6,621 nucleotides of DNA from a virus. Taxonomy: Duplodnaviria > Heunggongvirae > Uroviricota > Caudoviricetes. The stretch is from the IMG/VR virus record IMGVR_UViG_2563366937_000004, positions 1-6,621 of that record; one strand, 5' to 3'. Shown in pieces: positions 6,023 through 6,621 of this stretch. Made by a program: the position numbers and the translations under genes. The notes under the pieces are model-generated. The model did no database searches. It was not told where the DNA came from and worked only from the letters and a program-made list of their open reading frames with translations. Every line of letters starts with the position of its first letter. The stretch's first letter is position 1.

Positions 6023-6621
6023 ATGAGTGACTATCATCACGGCGTGCAGGTGCTGGAGATTAACGACGGCACCCGCGTCATTTCCACCGTATCCACTGCC
6101 ATTGTCGGCATGGTTTGCACTGCCAGCGATGCGGATGCGGAAACCTTCCCCCTCAATAAACCGGTGCTGATTACCAATGTGCAGAGCGCAATTGCAAAGG
6201 CCGGTAAAAAAGGCACGCTGGCGGCATCGTTGCAGGCCATCGCCGACCAGTCAAAACCAGTGACTGTTGTTGTGCGCGTGGAAGACGGCACCGGCGAAGA
6301 CGAAGAAACGAAACTCGCGCAGACCGTTTCCAATATCATCGGCACCACCGACGAAAACGGTCAGTATACCGGACTGAAAGCCCTGCTGGCGGCAGAGTCG
6401 GTAACCGGTGTTAAACCGCGTATTCTCGGTGTGCCGGGACTGGACACCAAAGAGGTGGCTGTTGCACTGGCATCAGTCTGCCAGAAGCTGCGCGCTTTCG
6501 GGTATATCAGCGCATGGGGCTGTAAAACCATTTCCGAGGTGAAAGCCTACCGCCAGAATTTCAGCCAGCGTGAGCTGATGGTCATCTGGCCGGATTTCCT
6601 CGCATGGGATACGGTCACCAG
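6023..6621 (+). CDS. FI: Tail sheath protein FI (gpFI-like), 3'-truncated by the window edge.
   Basis: ATG 6023 lies 8 nt after GGAG. My own translation begins [52 protein letters not shown]..., which matches the P2 tail sheath N-terminus from memory. The frame stays open to the window end. It was not in the ORF table only because it has no stop in the window. Confidence 0.9.
   Translation, partial: MSDYHHGVQVLEINDGTRVISTVSTAIVGMVCTASDADAETFPLNKPVLITNVQSAIAKAGKKGTLAASLQAIADQSKPVTVVVRVEDGTGEDEETKLAQTVSNIIGTTDENGQYTGLKALLAAESVTGVKPRILGVPGLDTKEVAVALASVCQKLRAFGYISAWGCKTISEVKAYRQNFSQRELMVIWPDFLAWDTVT

Noticed and set aside
6037-6348. Minus-strand 103-aa ORF antisense to FI.
   Set aside because: It lies inside the highly conserved tail sheath gene, so it is an antisense artefact.

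Overview
This window is the tail-fiber end of a P2-like (Peduovirus-type) prophage late region from an enterobacterial host, with a low-GC two-gene membrane-protein cassette inserted between the tail fiber assembly gene and the tail sheath gene. All structural genes are on the + strand in the P2 order: J (baseplate, 3' part, 1..760), I (baseplate, 753..1283), H (tail fiber, 1294..3912), G (tail fiber assembly, 3912..4490), then FI (tail sheath, 5' part, 6023..6621). H is a mosaic fiber: a P2-type N-terminus, three tandem knob-like domains, and a T-even-like His-rich (HxH) tip encoded partly by in-frame tandem DNA repeats. The inserted segment (about 4491..5900) is strikingly AT-rich and encodes a 135-aa multi-pass membrane protein and a translationally coupled 163-aa single-pass membrane protein with a coiled-coil tail. 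I recognise neither protein; given that this junction is a known accessory/defence locus in P2-like phages (Z/fun in P2 itself), the cassette is the best candidate for an undescribed anti-phage or superinfection-exclusion system. It is followed by a clear rho-independent terminator (5899..5926). No tRNA, rRNA, CRISPR array, integrase or transposase is visible. Everything here is read by eye from the sequence; no searches were run, and GC estimates are approximate.
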